A stretch of DNA of 64,000 nucleotides from Anaeromyxobacteraceae bacterium (GCA_047602405.1 JASGHJ010000001.1:2112001-2176000); one strand, 5' to 3'. Positions 37,746-51,799 are shown, counted from the stretch's first letter. Numbers and translations are program-made. Notes: a model not told the origin generated them from the letters alone.

Positions 37746-38383
37746 TTGGGCAACCCCTGCGGCGCGAGGACGACGAGGTGGGTGACGACGGTGAACGAGC
37801 CGTCGACCTTGCCGTCCGGCCAGCTCACGGTGAGCCGGAGCTCGCGGACGCCCTTCTTGATGGTCTCGCCGAAGCGGAGGAGCTGGGTGTCGAGCATCGG
37901 TCCGAACAGCGCCGCGCGGGGGTCGACCGTGGTGGGGCCGCCGCCCTGCGGCTTCGTGACGTCGCCGAGGAGGGCCTGCATGTCGGAGGAGCCGGTGAGC
38001 ATCTCCAGGATCTTCTGGCTGGAGAGGTCCACCTGGGGCTTCATCACCTCGGTCTTCCACTTCACCTCGGCGTGGCCCTGGTCCTCGAACGTGCCGTCCT
38101 CGGCGTCGTCGAAGTCCTTGAAGCCGGTCCGCTCGTAGCGCTCCTCGAGCTCCACCATCTTGCCGCGCGCGAGCAGGGTCGCGACGTCGAGCTTCTGCGC
38201 GCGCACCTCGTTGCGGAGCGAGGCGGAGACGATCTGCGAGATGGTGAGGAGCGCCGCCGCGAGGATCGCGAGCGCGACCATGACCTCCAGCAACGTGAAG
38301 CCTGCCTTTCGGAGGGGGGCTCGGCGCCCCCCTCCCCGCGGAGCGGAGCTCCGCGGGTCCCCACCCCGGCAGCACGCCCGCAT
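37742..38383 (-). CDS. gspI: Minor pseudopilin GspI with extended leader
   Basis: AGFTLLEVMVALAIL; ATG at 38383 overlaps gspH stop. Confidence 0.85.
   Translation of the reverse strand: MRACCRGGDPRSSAPRGGGRRAPLRKAGFTLLEVMVALAILAAALLTISQIVSASLRNEVRAQKLDVATLLARGKMVELEERYERTGFKDFDDAEDGTFEDQGHAEVKWKTEVMKPQVDLSSQKILEMLTGSSDMQALLGDVTKPQGGGPTTVDPRAALFGPMLDTQLLRFGETIKKGVRELRLTVSWPDGKVDGSFTVVTHLVVLAPQGLPK
38314..38374. repeat. REP-like palindromic element, family A, inside gspI leader
   Basis: GGGGGGCTCGGCGCCCCCC-hairpin-CCCCACCCCGGCAGCA; second copy at 47913-47974. Confidence 0.8.
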
Positions 38384-38964
38384 CACGGCTTCACCTCGCC
38401 CACGACCACCGAGGCGCGGCCGGTGAACGGCTCGAGCACGACGGTGTACCTGAAGTTGCCGTCGACGACCGGGACCTTCGCGGCCTGCGCCCGCCCGCCC
38501 GGGAAGAAGTAGACGTACGCCGAGCCCTTCTCGAACGGATCGTGCCGGCCCTCCACCTCCACCGGGCCGAACTTCGCCCCGCCGGGCAGCTCGCGCTTCG
38601 TGACGAGCCGGTCCCCGAGCTCCCCGTACTTGCTCTTCGCGAGCACCGCCCGGACCTGCTCGTCCTTCTCGTCCGGGAAGCGCTCGACGAGGTCCTCCTT
38701 GCCGTCGGCGGAGACGCCCGCGCGGCCGGGGGCGCACTCGGCGCGCCAGGTGCTCTTGTCGAGGTCGAGCACGAGCCGGCAGGTCGCGTGGCGCAGGCCG
38801 GCGATCTCGAAGAGCGCACGCATGGAGCCGGCGAGCTCGCCCGCCGACCTCCGGGCGTTCGCGCCGGTGAGCGAGGCCATGGCGGGCACGACGAGCAGGG
38901 CGGCGGAGCCGATGACGGCCATCACCACCATGAGCTCGACGAGCGTGAACCCGCGACGTGCCAA
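38383..38964 (-). CDS. gspH: Minor pseudopilin GspH
   Basis: RRGFTLVELMVVM; YFFPGG motif; between gspG and gspI. Confidence 0.85.
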   Translation of the reverse strand: MARRGFTLVELMVVMAVIGSAALLVVPAMASLTGANARRSAGELAGSMRALFEIAGLRHATCRLVLDLDKSTWRAECAPGRAGVSADGKEDLVERFPDEKDEQVRAVLAKSKYGELGDRLVTKRELPGGAKFGPVEVEGRHDPFEKGSAYVYFFPGGRAQAAKVPVVDGNFRYTVVLEPFTGRASVVVGEVKP

Positions 38965-38988
38965 GACCGTGCCCCGTCCCTTCCCGAC

Positions 38989-39402
38989 TCAGTAGTTGAC
39001 GATGTCGTCCTGCGTGCCGGGTTGGCCGTCCGGGCCGGCGCTCTTCACGTCGTAGCCGTCCGCGTTCTTCTGGCCGGGGTACAGGTAGACGTACTCCTTG
39101 CCCCACGGGTCGGTCATCGAGCCCTTGTCGTTGTTGGCCTTGAGGAACCCGTCCTTGATCAGGATCCCGAGGCCCTCCTCGGTGGTGGGGAAGCGGCCCT
39201 TCATCACCTTGAAGGCGTCGACGCCCTGGGAGGCGATGTTCTGCACGTCGGACTTCGCGCGCTCGAGGTTGGCCTTCTCGCGCGCCTGCACGACGTTGAC
39301 GCCGACGGCCGTGGCGATGAGCCCGAGGATCACGAGCACGACCATGATCTCGATGAGGGTCATGCCGCGCTGCTGGGCGCGGACGAGCTTCTGGAAGTTC
39401 AC
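38989..39402 (-). CDS. gspG: Major pseudopilin GspG
   Basis: GMTLIEIMVVLVILG, FPTTEEGL, DPWGKEY, SAGPDGQPGTQDDI. Confidence 0.93.
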   Translation of the reverse strand: MNFQKLVRAQQRGMTLIEIMVVLVILGLIATAVGVNVVQAREKANLERAKSDVQNIASQGVDAFKVMKGRFPTTEEGLGILIKDGFLKANNDKGSMTDPWGKEYVYLYPGQKNADGYDVKSAGPDGQPGTQDDIVNY

Positions 39403-39404
39403 GG

Positions 39405-40631
39405 CTATCCTCCGGCGAGGCTGTTGATCTGCAGGATGGGCATGAGGACGGAGAAGACGATGAAGGCGACCACCGCGCCCATCGTCACGATGAGGAGCGG
39501 CTCGAGCAGCGAGGTGAGCGCGGAGATGGTCGTGTCGACCTGCTGCTCGTAGGCGTCGGCGACGTTGCCGAGCATCTCCTCGAGGGCGCCGGAGCGCTCG
39601 CCGATCGCCACCATGTGGTGCACGAGCGGCGGGAACTCCCCGGAGCGCTTCAGCGGGGCGGCGATCGACTCGCCCTCGCGGATGGCGTCGCGGGCCTGCT
39701 CCACCACCTCGGCGAGGCGGCTGTTCCCGACGACGTTCTTCACGATGTCCATCGCGGTGAGGAGCGGGACGCCGGAGCGGAGCAGGGTCGAGAGCGTACG
39801 GGCGAACCGCCCGAGCGCGACCTGCCGCACGATCGAGCCGAAGATCGGCGCGCGGAGCACGAACCGGTCCCAGCGGGCGATCCCCTCCGGCGTCTTCTTC
39901 CACCGCAGGAACGCGTAGAGCCCGAGCCCCGCCGCGATGAACACCGCCCACCAGTAGCTCGCCATGAACTGCGAGAAGGCGATGAGCACCCGCGAGTACC
40001 AGGGCAGCACCACGTTCATGGAGTCGAAGATCCGGGTGATCTTCGGCACCACCACCGTGAAGAGCACGCCCATGATGATCGTGCCGATCACCATCATCGC
40101 GGCCGGGTAGGCCATGGTGCCGGCGATCTTGGAGCGGAGCTTCGCCTGGCTCTCGGTGAAGTCGGCGAGCCGCACGAGCACGATCTCGAGCGCGCCCGAG
40201 GTCTCGCCCGCCCGGATCATGTTGACGTAGAGGGTCGAGAAGATCTTGGGGTGCGCGGCGAGGGCGTCGGCGAGCGAGGCGCCCTCGTTCACCTTCTGCT
40301 TCACGTCGCCGAGGGTGCGCTTGAGCCGCTCGTGCTCGACCTGCTCGACGAGCGCGGTGAGCGCGTCCACCAGCGGCACGCCGGCGCGGGTGAGCACCGC
40401 GAGCTGGCGGGTGGCGATGGCGAGGTCGCGCGGGCCGACCCGGCGGATGAGCCGGCGCACCGAGACCTCGCGCCGCTGCTGGGCCTGCTGCTGCTGCTCG
40501 CCGAGCACCTCGGTGAGGAACACGCCGTCGCGGCGGAGCGCGGCGCGCAGGGTCCGCGGCGAGTCCGCCTCGCGCAGCCCCTGCACCGACTTGCCCGCCC
40601 CGTCGAGCGCCCTGTACTGGAAGACCGGCAT
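39405..40631 (-). CDS. gspF: Inner membrane platform protein GspF
   Basis: TRQLAVLTRAGVPL, AGETSGAL, GERSGALEEML, LLEP motifs. Confidence 0.95.
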   Translation of the reverse strand: MPVFQYRALDGAGKSVQGLREADSPRTLRAALRRDGVFLTEVLGEQQQQAQQRREVSVRRLIRRVGPRDLAIATRQLAVLTRAGVPLVDALTALVEQVEHERLKRTLGDVKQKVNEGASLADALAAHPKIFSTLYVNMIRAGETSGALEIVLVRLADFTESQAKLRSKIAGTMAYPAAMMVIGTIIMGVLFTVVVPKITRIFDSMNVVLPWYSRVLIAFSQFMASYWWAVFIAAGLGLYAFLRWKKTPEGIARWDRFVLRAPIFGSIVRQVALGRFARTLSTLLRSGVPLLTAMDIVKNVVGNSRLAEVVEQARDAIREGESIAAPLKRSGEFPPLVHHMVAIGERSGALEEMLGNVADAYEQQVDTTISALTSLLEPLLIVTMGAVVAFIVFSVLMPILQINSLAGG

Positions 40632-42458
<1,827 letters not shown>

Positions 42459-42459
42459 G

Positions 42460-45210
42460 TCAGGGCTGGGTGGGCGTCGGGTTCGGGGGCGGCGGCTGCG
42501 GCTGCGGGACCGGCTGCGGCGCCAGCTGCTGGGGGGCCGCCTCGGGCGGCGGGGTCGCGGGCGCGGGGGCCGCGGGCGGCGGCGCCGCGTCGGGCGGGGC
42601 CGGGGGCGACGACGGGCGCTCCGGGAGCGGCGCCTCGCCGGGGGGCCTCGCGAGCCCCTCGCCGGGCCGGCCGCGGCCGCCGTTCTCGAGCTTGTTCTGC
42701 TCGTCGGCCACGGCGGCGCGCACGAGCGAGTACGGTCCGGCCTTCTTCGACCAGTCGATGTCCACCTCGTAGCGGGCCTGGCGTCCGTAGAACTGCTCGA
42801 CGAACTCCTGCTGCTCCTTGCGCTTGCGCTCGTAGATCTTCCGGTAGTCCTCCTCGCCGCGGATGATGTACGGCGTGAGGAAGAGGAGGAGGTTGGTCTT
42901 CGTCTTCGTGGTCACCTCGTCGCGGAAGAGCCAGCCCAGGATCGGGATCGAGCCGAGGAGGGGGACCTTCCTGACGCTGCGAACGGCCCGCTCCTGGATG
43001 AGCCCGCCGATGACGATGGTGCTCTGATCCTTCGCGACCACCTGGGTCTTCATCGAGCGCTTCGAGGTGGTCGGGCCGAGCTGGGCGTCGTTCGAGGCGA
43101 TCTCCTCCACCTGCTCGTCGATCTGGAGCCGGACCGTGCCGCCCTCCGAGATCTGCGGCTTGATCTTCACGCGCAGCTCGACGTTCTGGCGCTGGATCGA
43201 GGCGATGTTGGAGGTGAGGCCGGAGCCGAGGAGGTTCCCCAGGCCGGAGCTGGCGGCGGAGCTGGAGGAGTTCCCGAGGAGCGAGGCGAGGTTGTTCGGC
43301 ACGTAGCCCGACTGGAAGGGCACGTTCTGGCCGACGCCCATCTCCGTCTCCTCGTTGTCGGTCGCCAGCAGGTGCGGCGTCGACAGCACGTTCACGTCGG
43401 AGCTCGACTGCATCGCCTGCACGAGGAGGCCGAGCGAGGGCAGGTTGAGGCCGAGCGCCTTCGCCTCCGCGGAGACCGGGCCCTGGAAGCCGGTGAGGAA
43501 GCCGCCCAGCGACGCGACGCTCGCGATGTTGAACGAGCTGAACCGCGCCGAGGCCGCGTCGACGATGGGCAGCACGCCGGACTTGCCGCCGATGGTCAGC
43601 GGCACGAGGCCGTGCGCCGAGACGCCGTACTGATCCTCGTTCTTGAGGTTGACCTCCATGATGACCGCCTCGACGAAGACCTGCCGGCGCGGCCGGTCGA
43701 GCTTCTGGATGAGGCGGCTCATGGCGACGAAGTCCGCGCCGCTCGCCTGGATGAGGAGGGCGTTCTGGGTCTTGTCGGCGGTGACCTTCACCTCGCCGCT
43801 GAAGAGCTCCGCGGTGACGTCGCCGACCGGGCGCGCGGTGTTGGCGGGCTGCGCGGCCGGGTTCGGGTTCGGGAAGCCGGCCATCTGCGGGACGGGCGCG
43901 CCGGGGGCGTTCGACTTCGGCTTCGTGCCCGAGGCGAGGTTGGAGAGGGTCTGCGCCATCTCCTCCGCGTTCGCGTTGCGGAGGAACACGACGTGGATGC
44001 CGCCCTCGGCGGTGGTCGGCACGTCGAGCTGGTCGATGAGCTCCTGGATGCGCTGGAAGCTCTTCTCGTCGGCGATGACGATGAGCTTGTTGGTGCGGTC
44101 GTCGGAGAGGACCTTCGAGATGGAGACCTGGGTCGGGCCGCCGCCGAGCCCGGGCGGGGCGACCTGGCCGGGCGCGGGCGCCGGGGCGCCGGAGACGACC
44201 GTGCGCCGGCCGCCGCGGCCGCCGGGCGTGCCGCCCTGGGCCTGGAAGATCTGGTTCACCTTGTCGGCGACGTCCTTCGCGGAGGCGTAGCGGATCTGGA
44301 CGATCCGCACCGCGTCGCCGGCGCCCGCCCGGTCGACCGTCTCGATGAGCTTCTCGATGCGCCGGAGGTTCACCCCGATGTCGGTGACGATGAGGAGGTC
44401 GGGCGGGAGCGACTGGACGTCGGCGCCCTGCGGGGAGGTGAAGTTGCCGAGGATGCCGCGGAGCTGGTCGGAGTCGGCGTAGGAGAGCCGGAAGATCTTC
44501 GTGACCGGCTGCTCGGTGCCGGGCGTGCCGTCCTCGCCGTCGAGCATGGGGATCGGCGTCTTCCGCGCGTCGGCGGCGCGGACGAGCTTGTAGTACCGGC
44601 CGGTCGGGTAGAGCGCGATGTTGTTGGAGGCGAGCGCGGCGAGGAACGCGGCGTACGCCTCGTCGACGGTCACCGGCGTGGTGGAGAGGAGGGTGATCTT
44701 CCCGCGCGCGATGTCGTCCGTGTAGATGAAGTTCCGGCAGGTGTACCGGCTCATGAGCTGCAGCACGGCCACGATGTCGGTCGGCTTGTCGAAGTCGAGC
44801 GAGACCCTCCCGGTCGTGGGCGTGCAGCGCGCGTCGAGCGGCTTCATCGTCTGCGTGCCGCCGGCCGGCGCCTGCGTCGGGCGCGCGGCGGGGCTCGCCG
44901 GACGGGCCGAGGGCGTCGGCGTCGCGCCGGGCGGGGTCGGCGCCGGTGCGGGCGGCGGGGCCCGGAGCGGCTGCCCGGGCGACGGGCGGGGCGCGGTCGG
45001 GACGCCGAGCCGCTGCTGCTGGCGGTCGACCTCCTCGAGCCGCTCGCGGCGGCGGCGCGCGCGCTCGGCGGCGGCGTCGGCGCCCTGCTGGGCGGTGTCG
45101 CCCTCGTCGGAGGGCGCGGCGGAGTCGGGCCGCGGGACGTCGGGCGGCGGCGGGCGCTGGGCCACCGCGAGGGTCGGGAGCAGCGCGCTGAGGAGCAGGA
45201 TCTTTCGCAT
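42460..45210 (-). CDS. gspD: Secretin GspD
   Basis: N-domains, QVFVEAVIMEV, VPLLGSIPILGWLF, LLLFLTPYII. Confidence 0.95.
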   Translation of the reverse strand: MRKILLLSALLPTLAVAQRPPPPDVPRPDSAAPSDEGDTAQQGADAAAERARRRRERLEEVDRQQQRLGVPTAPRPSPGQPLRAPPPAPAPTPPGATPTPSARPASPAARPTQAPAGGTQTMKPLDARCTPTTGRVSLDFDKPTDIVAVLQLMSRYTCRNFIYTDDIARGKITLLSTTPVTVDEAYAAFLAALASNNIALYPTGRYYKLVRAADARKTPIPMLDGEDGTPGTEQPVTKIFRLSYADSDQLRGILGNFTSPQGADVQSLPPDLLIVTDIGVNLRRIEKLIETVDRAGAGDAVRIVQIRYASAKDVADKVNQIFQAQGGTPGGRGGRRTVVSGAPAPAPGQVAPPGLGGGPTQVSISKVLSDDRTNKLIVIADEKSFQRIQELIDQLDVPTTAEGGIHVVFLRNANAEEMAQTLSNLASGTKPKSNAPGAPVPQMAGFPNPNPAAQPANTARPVGDVTAELFSGEVKVTADKTQNALLIQASGADFVAMSRLIQKLDRPRRQVFVEAVIMEVNLKNEDQYGVSAHGLVPLTIGGKSGVLPIVDAASARFSSFNIASVASLGGFLTGFQGPVSAEAKALGLNLPSLGLLVQAMQSSSDVNVLSTPHLLATDNEETEMGVGQNVPFQSGYVPNNLASLLGNSSSSAASSGLGNLLGSGLTSNIASIQRQNVELRVKIKPQISEGGTVRLQIDEQVEEIASNDAQLGPTTSKRSMKTQVVAKDQSTIVIGGLIQERAVRSVRKVPLLGSIPILGWLFRDEVTTKTKTNLLLFLTPYIIRGEEDYRKIYERKRKEQQEFVEQFYGRQARYEVDIDWSKKAGPYSLVRAAVADEQNKLENGGRGRPGEGLARPPGEAPLPERPSSPPAPPDAAPPPAAPAPATPPPEAAPQQLAPQPVPQPQPPPPNPTPTQP

Positions 45211-45253
45211 GGCGTGGGATCGGGGCCGCGGGGGAGCGGAGCTTCCCCCCGGG

Positions 45254-46219
45254 TCACGGGGTGATGGAGTACTCCTTCTTGATGACCTGGCCGGCGCGCT
45301 CGAGCTCGATGGAGACCTGCTGCGACTCCTTGAGCTTCGAGTAGAGCTCGAGCCCCTTCTCGGGCGAGTTGATCTCGTAGCCGTTGATGCGCTGGATGAC
45401 GTCGCCGTTCTCGACGCCGATCGCGGAGTAGAGCGAGCCGGGCTGGATCGAGAAGAGCTTGAAGCCGTTCGACTGGCCGTTCTTGAACGACGGCACGATG
45501 CGCGCCTGGGTGGCGATCTTGTTGAGGTCGGAGAGGGTCGTGTCGATGACCTTCCGCTCGATCTCGTACTTGTTCGGGCCCACGGTGCGGACGCCGGCGA
45601 GCTGCTCGCCGCCGCCGGGGCGCGGGGGCGGGACCGGCGAGACGCCGACGTTCCCGGCGGACGCGAGCTCGGCGCCGCCGCCGCCGAGCTCGACGTACTC
45701 CTTCGTGCCCGCGTTGCAGAGGACCGCGACGACCTTCCAGCCCTTCACGTTGTTCTCGTCGGCGTCGCGCACGCGCACGAGCTCGAGCAGCTTCGCCCCG
45801 CCGAACTCCTCGCCGACCCGCACCGCGCGCGTCTCGCCGGCGTCGGTCATGGACGCCATCGAGCTCCGCGGGCTGTCGGAGACGACGGCGGCGACGAGCT
45901 GGAGCCGCAGGCTCGAGCGGGCGGGCTCGGCGAGCGGGTCGTCGCAGTTGCGCGGCGAGGGCGGCGGCGCGTCGACCGCGGCCGCGACGGCGGGCGGCTT
46001 CTGGCCGATGAGCTTGTAGAGCCGGTCGGTCTCGAGCGACACCGGCACGCTGACCCGGGCCGGCTGCGCGGGCCGCGCGGCGGAGGCCTCGGCGCCGGGC
46101 CGCGGGCGGATCGCGATGCCGGCGATCGTGTTCACGGTCCGTGCGAGGAGCCAGGCCGCCGCGAACAGGAGCACGAGGTTCGCGGTCCAGGCGTATTTGC
46201 GGAAGAAGAGGTCGAGCAT
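45254..46219 (-). CDS. gspC: GspC with C-terminal PDZ domain
   Basis: N-terminal TM; ARIVPSFKNG...GFKLFSIQPGSLY..IGVENGDVI. Confidence 0.92.
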   Translation of the reverse strand: MLDLFFRKYAWTANLVLLFAAAWLLARTVNTIAGIAIRPRPGAEASAARPAQPARVSVPVSLETDRLYKLIGQKPPAVAAAVDAPPPSPRNCDDPLAEPARSSLRLQLVAAVVSDSPRSSMASMTDAGETRAVRVGEEFGGAKLLELVRVRDADENNVKGWKVVAVLCNAGTKEYVELGGGGAELASAGNVGVSPVPPPRPGGGEQLAGVRTVGPNKYEIERKVIDTTLSDLNKIATQARIVPSFKNGQSNGFKLFSIQPGSLYSAIGVENGDVIQRINGYEINSPEKGLELYSKLKESQQVSIELERAGQVIKKEYSITP

Positions 46220-46241
46220 GGATGCCCCGGGGCCTCACCTG

Positions 46242-46257
46242 AGCAACCGACGTGCCA
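46242..46257 (-). promoter_or_regulatory. sigma54 promoter of the gsp operon
   Basis: Minus strand TGGCAC-GTCGG-TTGCT, exact consensus, 22 nt before gspC ATG. Confidence 0.85.
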
Positions 46258-46341
46258 CCGCCGGGCTCCGGGTTCGGCATTCAACCGTTCGAGGATACTC
46301 GCGAATTCCGCCGGAGAGGGGCCTCGATCCCACGCCCGGGC

Positions 46342-46394
46342 TGCCATTCTGGCAAAGCCGCCGCCCGCCCGCGCGGTCTCCCGCCATTTTGGCA
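46342..46394. promoter_or_regulatory. Two palindromic candidate enhancer (UAS) sites
   Basis: TGCCATTCTGGCA (46342-46354) and CGCCATTTTGGCA (46382-46394), 40 bp apart. Confidence 0.65.
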
Positions 46395-46426
46395 GGAGGC
46401 CGCGGCCGGCGGGGCCGACATCGGCG

Positions 46427-47890
<1,464 letters not shown>

Positions 47891-47912
47891 GGGGACAGTC
47901 TACTGTCTTGCC

Positions 47913-47974
47913 GGGGGGCTCGGCGCCCCCCGCCCCGGCCAGCGAAGCTGGACCGGGGCCCCACCCCGGCAGCA
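47913..47974. repeat. REP-like palindromic element, family A, intergenic copy
   Basis: Same flanks as 38314-38374 with a different but still paired inner stem. Confidence 0.8.
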
Positions 47975-47984
47975 ACGCGCCGGA

Positions 47985-48152
47985 TCAGCGCGCGGGCGGG
48001 GCGGGTGAGGCCTGGGCGGCCGGGGCCGGTTGCCCCAGCCCGAGCGCGGCGCGGAGCTCGTCCCCGAAGATCGCGACCGCCCCCGCCGCCGCGATCACGA
48101 GGAACGCGGTGACGAGGGCGTATTCGACGAGGAGGCGCCGCTGGCGCTCCAC
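47985..48152 (-). CDS. Small Flp-pilin-like membrane protein (55 aa), absent from ORF track
   Basis: AGGAGG RBS, GTG start; MERQRRLLVEYALVTAFLVIAAAGAVAIFGDELRAALG. Confidence 0.65.
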   Translation of the reverse strand: MERQRRLLVEYALVTAFLVIAAAGAVAIFGDELRAALGLGQPAPAAQASPAPPAR

Positions 48153-48170
48153 GGCCGGACCTCCTGGCTG

Positions 48171-48545
48171 CTACTCGGCGGGCTTCGCCTCGGGCGCGGC
48201 GGCCTCGGCGGCGGCCGGGGCGGCGTCGGCCTTCTTGGCGGACTTGCCGGACTTGGCGCGCTTCGCGGCCCGGTTCTCCTTCGGGGCCTCGGCCTTCTTC
48301 GCGGCGGGCTCGGCCTTCTTCGGCTCGGGCTTCGCGGGCGCGGCGGGCGACGCGGCGTAGCGCGTCTTGAACTTCTCGATGCGGCCGGCGGTGTCCATGA
48401 TCTTCTGCTTGCCCGTGAAGAACGGGTGGCAGTTCGAGCAGATCTCGATGTGGAAGTCGCCGCGCACCGAGCGGGTGACGATCTCGTTGCCGCAGGCGCA
48501 GAGGACCTTCGCCGCCTTGTAGTCCGGGTGGATGCCTTCCCTCAT
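48171..48545 (-). CDS. rpmE: 50S ribosomal protein L31 (Zn-binding type) with Ala/Lys/Pro tail
   Basis: [12 protein letters not shown]...[18 protein letters not shown]. Confidence 0.96.
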   Translation of the reverse strand: MREGIHPDYKAAKVLCACGNEIVTRSVRGDFHIEICSNCHPFFTGKQKIMDTAGRIEKFKTRYAASPAAPAKPEPKKAEPAAKKAEAPKENRAAKRAKSGKSAKKADAAPAAAEAAAPEAKPAE

Positions 48546-48619
48546 GACGTCTTCTCTTCTCTCTGGCCGCTTGCACCCTCGCGAAGGCGAGCGTGGTCCG
48601 GGCCCGTTTGGGATCGGGG

Positions 48620-48648
48620 GATCTAGTCGGAACGGGGGCTTACGTCAA
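48620..48648 (-). promoter_or_regulatory. Possible sigma70 promoter of rpmE
   Basis: Minus strand TTGACG-17 nt-TAGATC. Confidence 0.5.
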
Positions 48649-48666
48649 CCCCGACGTGCCCCAAGC

Positions 48667-49980
48667 CTACTTCCCGCCGCCCACCATCATCTTGAAGAAC
48701 TCCTCGTGGTTCTTCACCTGCCGGAACTTGTCGAGGATGAACTTCATGGCCTCCACGTTGTCGAGGCCGTTCAGGATGGTCTGGCGCAGGATGTAGATCT
48801 TCGACAGCCAGTCCGCCTGGAGGAGCAGCTCCTCCTTGCGCGTGCCGCTCTTCCCGATGTCCATGCAGGGGAAGATGCGCTTCTCCATCAGCTTGCGGTC
48901 GAGGACGATCTCGGAGTTGCCGGTGCCCTTGAACTCCTCGAAGATCACCTCGTCCATGCGGCTGCCGGTGTCGACGAGCGCGGTGCCGATGATGGTGAGC
49001 GAGCCGCCCTCCTCGATGTTGCGCGCCGCGCCGAAGAAGCGCTTCGGCTTGTGGAGGGCGTTCGAGTCGACGCCGCCGGAGAGGATCTTGCCCGAGGGCG
49101 GGACGGTCGAGTTGTAGGCGCGTGCGAGGCGGGTGATCGAGTCGAGGAGGATGACGACGTCCTTCTTGTGCTCGACGAGGCGCCGCGCCTTCTCGATCAC
49201 CATCTCGGCGACCTGCACGTGCCGGGTGGCGGGCTCGTCGAAGGTCGAGGCGACGACCTCGCCCTTCACCGTCCGCTCCATGTCGGTGACCTCCTCCGGC
49301 CGCTCGTCGATGAGCAGGACGATGAGGGTCACCTCCGGGTGGTTCTGGACGATCGCGTGCGCCATGTTCTGCAGCAGCACGGTCTTGCCCGCGCGCGGCG
49401 GGGAGACGATGAGGCAGCGCTGGCCCTTGCCGATCGGGGAGAAGAGGTCGACGACCCGGGTCGTCATCTCGTTCGGATCGTGCTCGAGCGTGAGGCGCCG
49501 CGTCGGGTAGAGCGGCGTGAGGTTGTCGAAGAGGACCTTCGACTGGCTCTCCTCGGGCGGCTCGCCGTTGATCGAGTCGACCTTGAGCAGCGCGAAGTAC
49601 CGCTCGCCCTCCTTCGGCTGGCGGACCGTGCCGCGGATGGTGTCGCCGGTGCGGAGGTTGAAGCGCCGGATCTGCGAGGGCGAGACGTAGATGTCGTCGG
49701 GCCCGGGCAGGTAGCTGAAGTCGGGGCTGCGCAGGAAGCCGAAGCCGTCGGGGAGCACCTCGAGCGTGCCCTCGCCGCCGACCTCCATCTCCTCCTTCGC
49801 CTCGTCGGCCACCTTCGACTGCGCCTGGAGGATCGCGAAGATGAGGTCCTGCTTCTTGAGCGCGCCGGCGTTCTCGATCGAGAGGGTGCGGGCGAGCGCG
49901 GCGAGCTCGGCGACCTTCATGTGCTTCAGGTCGGTGTGGCTCGACGGAGGGGTCGCGGGTGTCGGGGCGGCTGCGGGCAT
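48667..49980 (-). CDS. rho: Transcription termination factor Rho (start 49980 or 50028)
   Basis: [45 protein letters not shown]. Confidence 0.97.
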   Translation of the reverse strand: MPAAAPTPATPPSSHTDLKHMKVAELAALARTLSIENAGALKKQDLIFAILQAQSKVADEAKEEMEVGGEGTLEVLPDGFGFLRSPDFSYLPGPDDIYVSPSQIRRFNLRTGDTIRGTVRQPKEGERYFALLKVDSINGEPPEESQSKVLFDNLTPLYPTRRLTLEHDPNEMTTRVVDLFSPIGKGQRCLIVSPPRAGKTVLLQNMAHAIVQNHPEVTLIVLLIDERPEEVTDMERTVKGEVVASTFDEPATRHVQVAEMVIEKARRLVEHKKDVVILLDSITRLARAYNSTVPPSGKILSGGVDSNALHKPKRFFGAARNIEEGGSLTIIGTALVDTGSRMDEVIFEEFKGTGNSEIVLDRKLMEKRIFPCMDIGKSGTRKEELLLQADWLSKIYILRQTILNGLDNVEAMKFILDKFRQVKNHEEFFKMMVGGGK

Positions 49981-50234
49981 GTCGGTGCTCGGCGGAGAGG
50001 CGGCCCGGCCGGATGGGTGCGCGGGCACGCGCAGGGACGAGGACGGCAGTGCAGCCTCGAGACCGAAGCTGCGGAGAGATCACGAAAACTAAGCGGTGCG
50101 CACGGAGGTGTCAACGAAGGACCCGCCCAAACGGAGCGTGTACCGGACCGTGCCATGAACACGGGTCAGCCCCCGGGAGCCGTCCGGAGTGCCTGGAGCG
50201 CTAACATCGGCTCGGAGGCAAAACCGGAAGTTTC

Positions 50235-51799
50235 ATGCCCGAACCTCATGTCGACGCGGTGCTCGCGGGCACCAAGGGCTTCGCCCTCGCACTCTTCGTC
50301 CCGCTGACGGAGCGGGTCGGCATCCGCCCGCGCGTCGCGACCGACGCCACCCAGGCGCTCACGCTCCTCGAGTCTCCGAAGGGGCTCGTCGTCGTCGAGA
50401 TCGAGGGCGAGGGGACGGTGCGTTCCATCCGCGAGCTCCTCGCCACGCGGAAGGACTTCACGGTGGTCGCGGCCGTGCCGGACGCGCAGGCCGGGACGGA
50501 GCAGGCGCTGCGCGCCCTGGGCGTCGAGCTCGCCCGCTGGGACGGCTCGCCGGCCGCCGTGCTCGGCGCGGTGAGCCGCCGCCTCGGCACGAACGGCTCC
50601 TCCGTGGCGCCGCCGCCTCCCGCGCCGCCGCCGCCGGTCGCCGCCGCCCCCGTCGCGCCGGCCAGCGCGGTCGCCGCGCCGCGCGCGCCGGTCGCCGCGC
50701 CGCCGCCCGCGGTCCCGTCCGCGCCGGCCCCCGCTCCCGCCGCCGCGTACTTCGGCGACCTGAAGGCCACGAAGCCCGCGCCGCCGCCGCCGCTCGAGCT
50801 CGAGGACGAGGCGGAGGACGTCGTCTCCATCGAGGATCTCGGCGTCGAGGAGGACCTCGGCCCCGACGCAGCGGCCGCGCCCGCCGTGGCCGCCGCTCCC
50901 GCTCCCGCTCCCGCCGCGGCGCAGCCGCCGGCCGCCGGCCAGTCCGCCGCGTGGCCCGCGGGGGGCCTCACCAGCGCCGAGGCGCAGAAGCAGCTCGGGG
51001 AGGGGCTCGCAGGCCGCCTCCCATCCGACGCGAAGCTCCGCCCGACGCTCGAAACGGTCCTGTCGAACCTGTCCGCGCTCGAGGCGAACGTGCTCACCGG
51101 CCAGCCGGTCGCGGTGAAGCCGGAGCCGCTCCGCCGCGCCGCCGTCATGCGCCTGCGCGTCGCGCACGCGCTCGCCGGCCGGCCGCCGCCCGGGAGCCCG
51201 GTCGATCAGGCCGCGCTCTCGACGATGCTGGGCGAGATCGACGCCCTGCTCTCCGACGTGAACGCGCTCCTCCCCGAGGCGCCCGACGACGTGGTGCCCT
51301 CCCTCGAGGCCGTGCGGAACGCCCTCGTGAAGGAGGCCATCGACTTCTCGGAGGCCGCGCAGGACTCGGCCCCGGCGCAGCCCGTCGGCCCGGATCCCGC
51401 CGCGCACGAGCAGGCCCGCACCGCGGCGCGCGCCGCGCGCGCCCGGCTCATCAGCGTGTCGAAGGAGCCCGTGGAGCCGGAGCACCCGCGCCGGTTCTGG
51501 GTGATGGTCGCCCTGCTCGTGATCGGCGCGCTCGGGGCGGGTGGGTTCCACGCGTGGCGCTACACGCAGCGGCAGCAGGCCGTCGCCGCGGTCGCGACCG
51601 TCCCCGGGCAGCCGGCGGGCATGTACCTCGTGCCCGGGCCGCCCGGCGACCCGAAGGTCTTCATCCCGTACCCCGGCGCGAAGCTCGACCCCGTCGAGGT
51701 CGCGCGCTTCAAGACGGACCAGCAGGCGAAGGGCCTCGTGGTGGAGGAGCTCAAGGGTGGAGCCCTCCGGATCCGCGAGCCGCAGCAAGGGAGAACGAG

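Noticed and set aside
50140..50155. sigma54 promoter upstream of rho (TGGCACGGTCCGGTAC, minus strand)
   Set aside because: The -12 GC is missing at the required spacing
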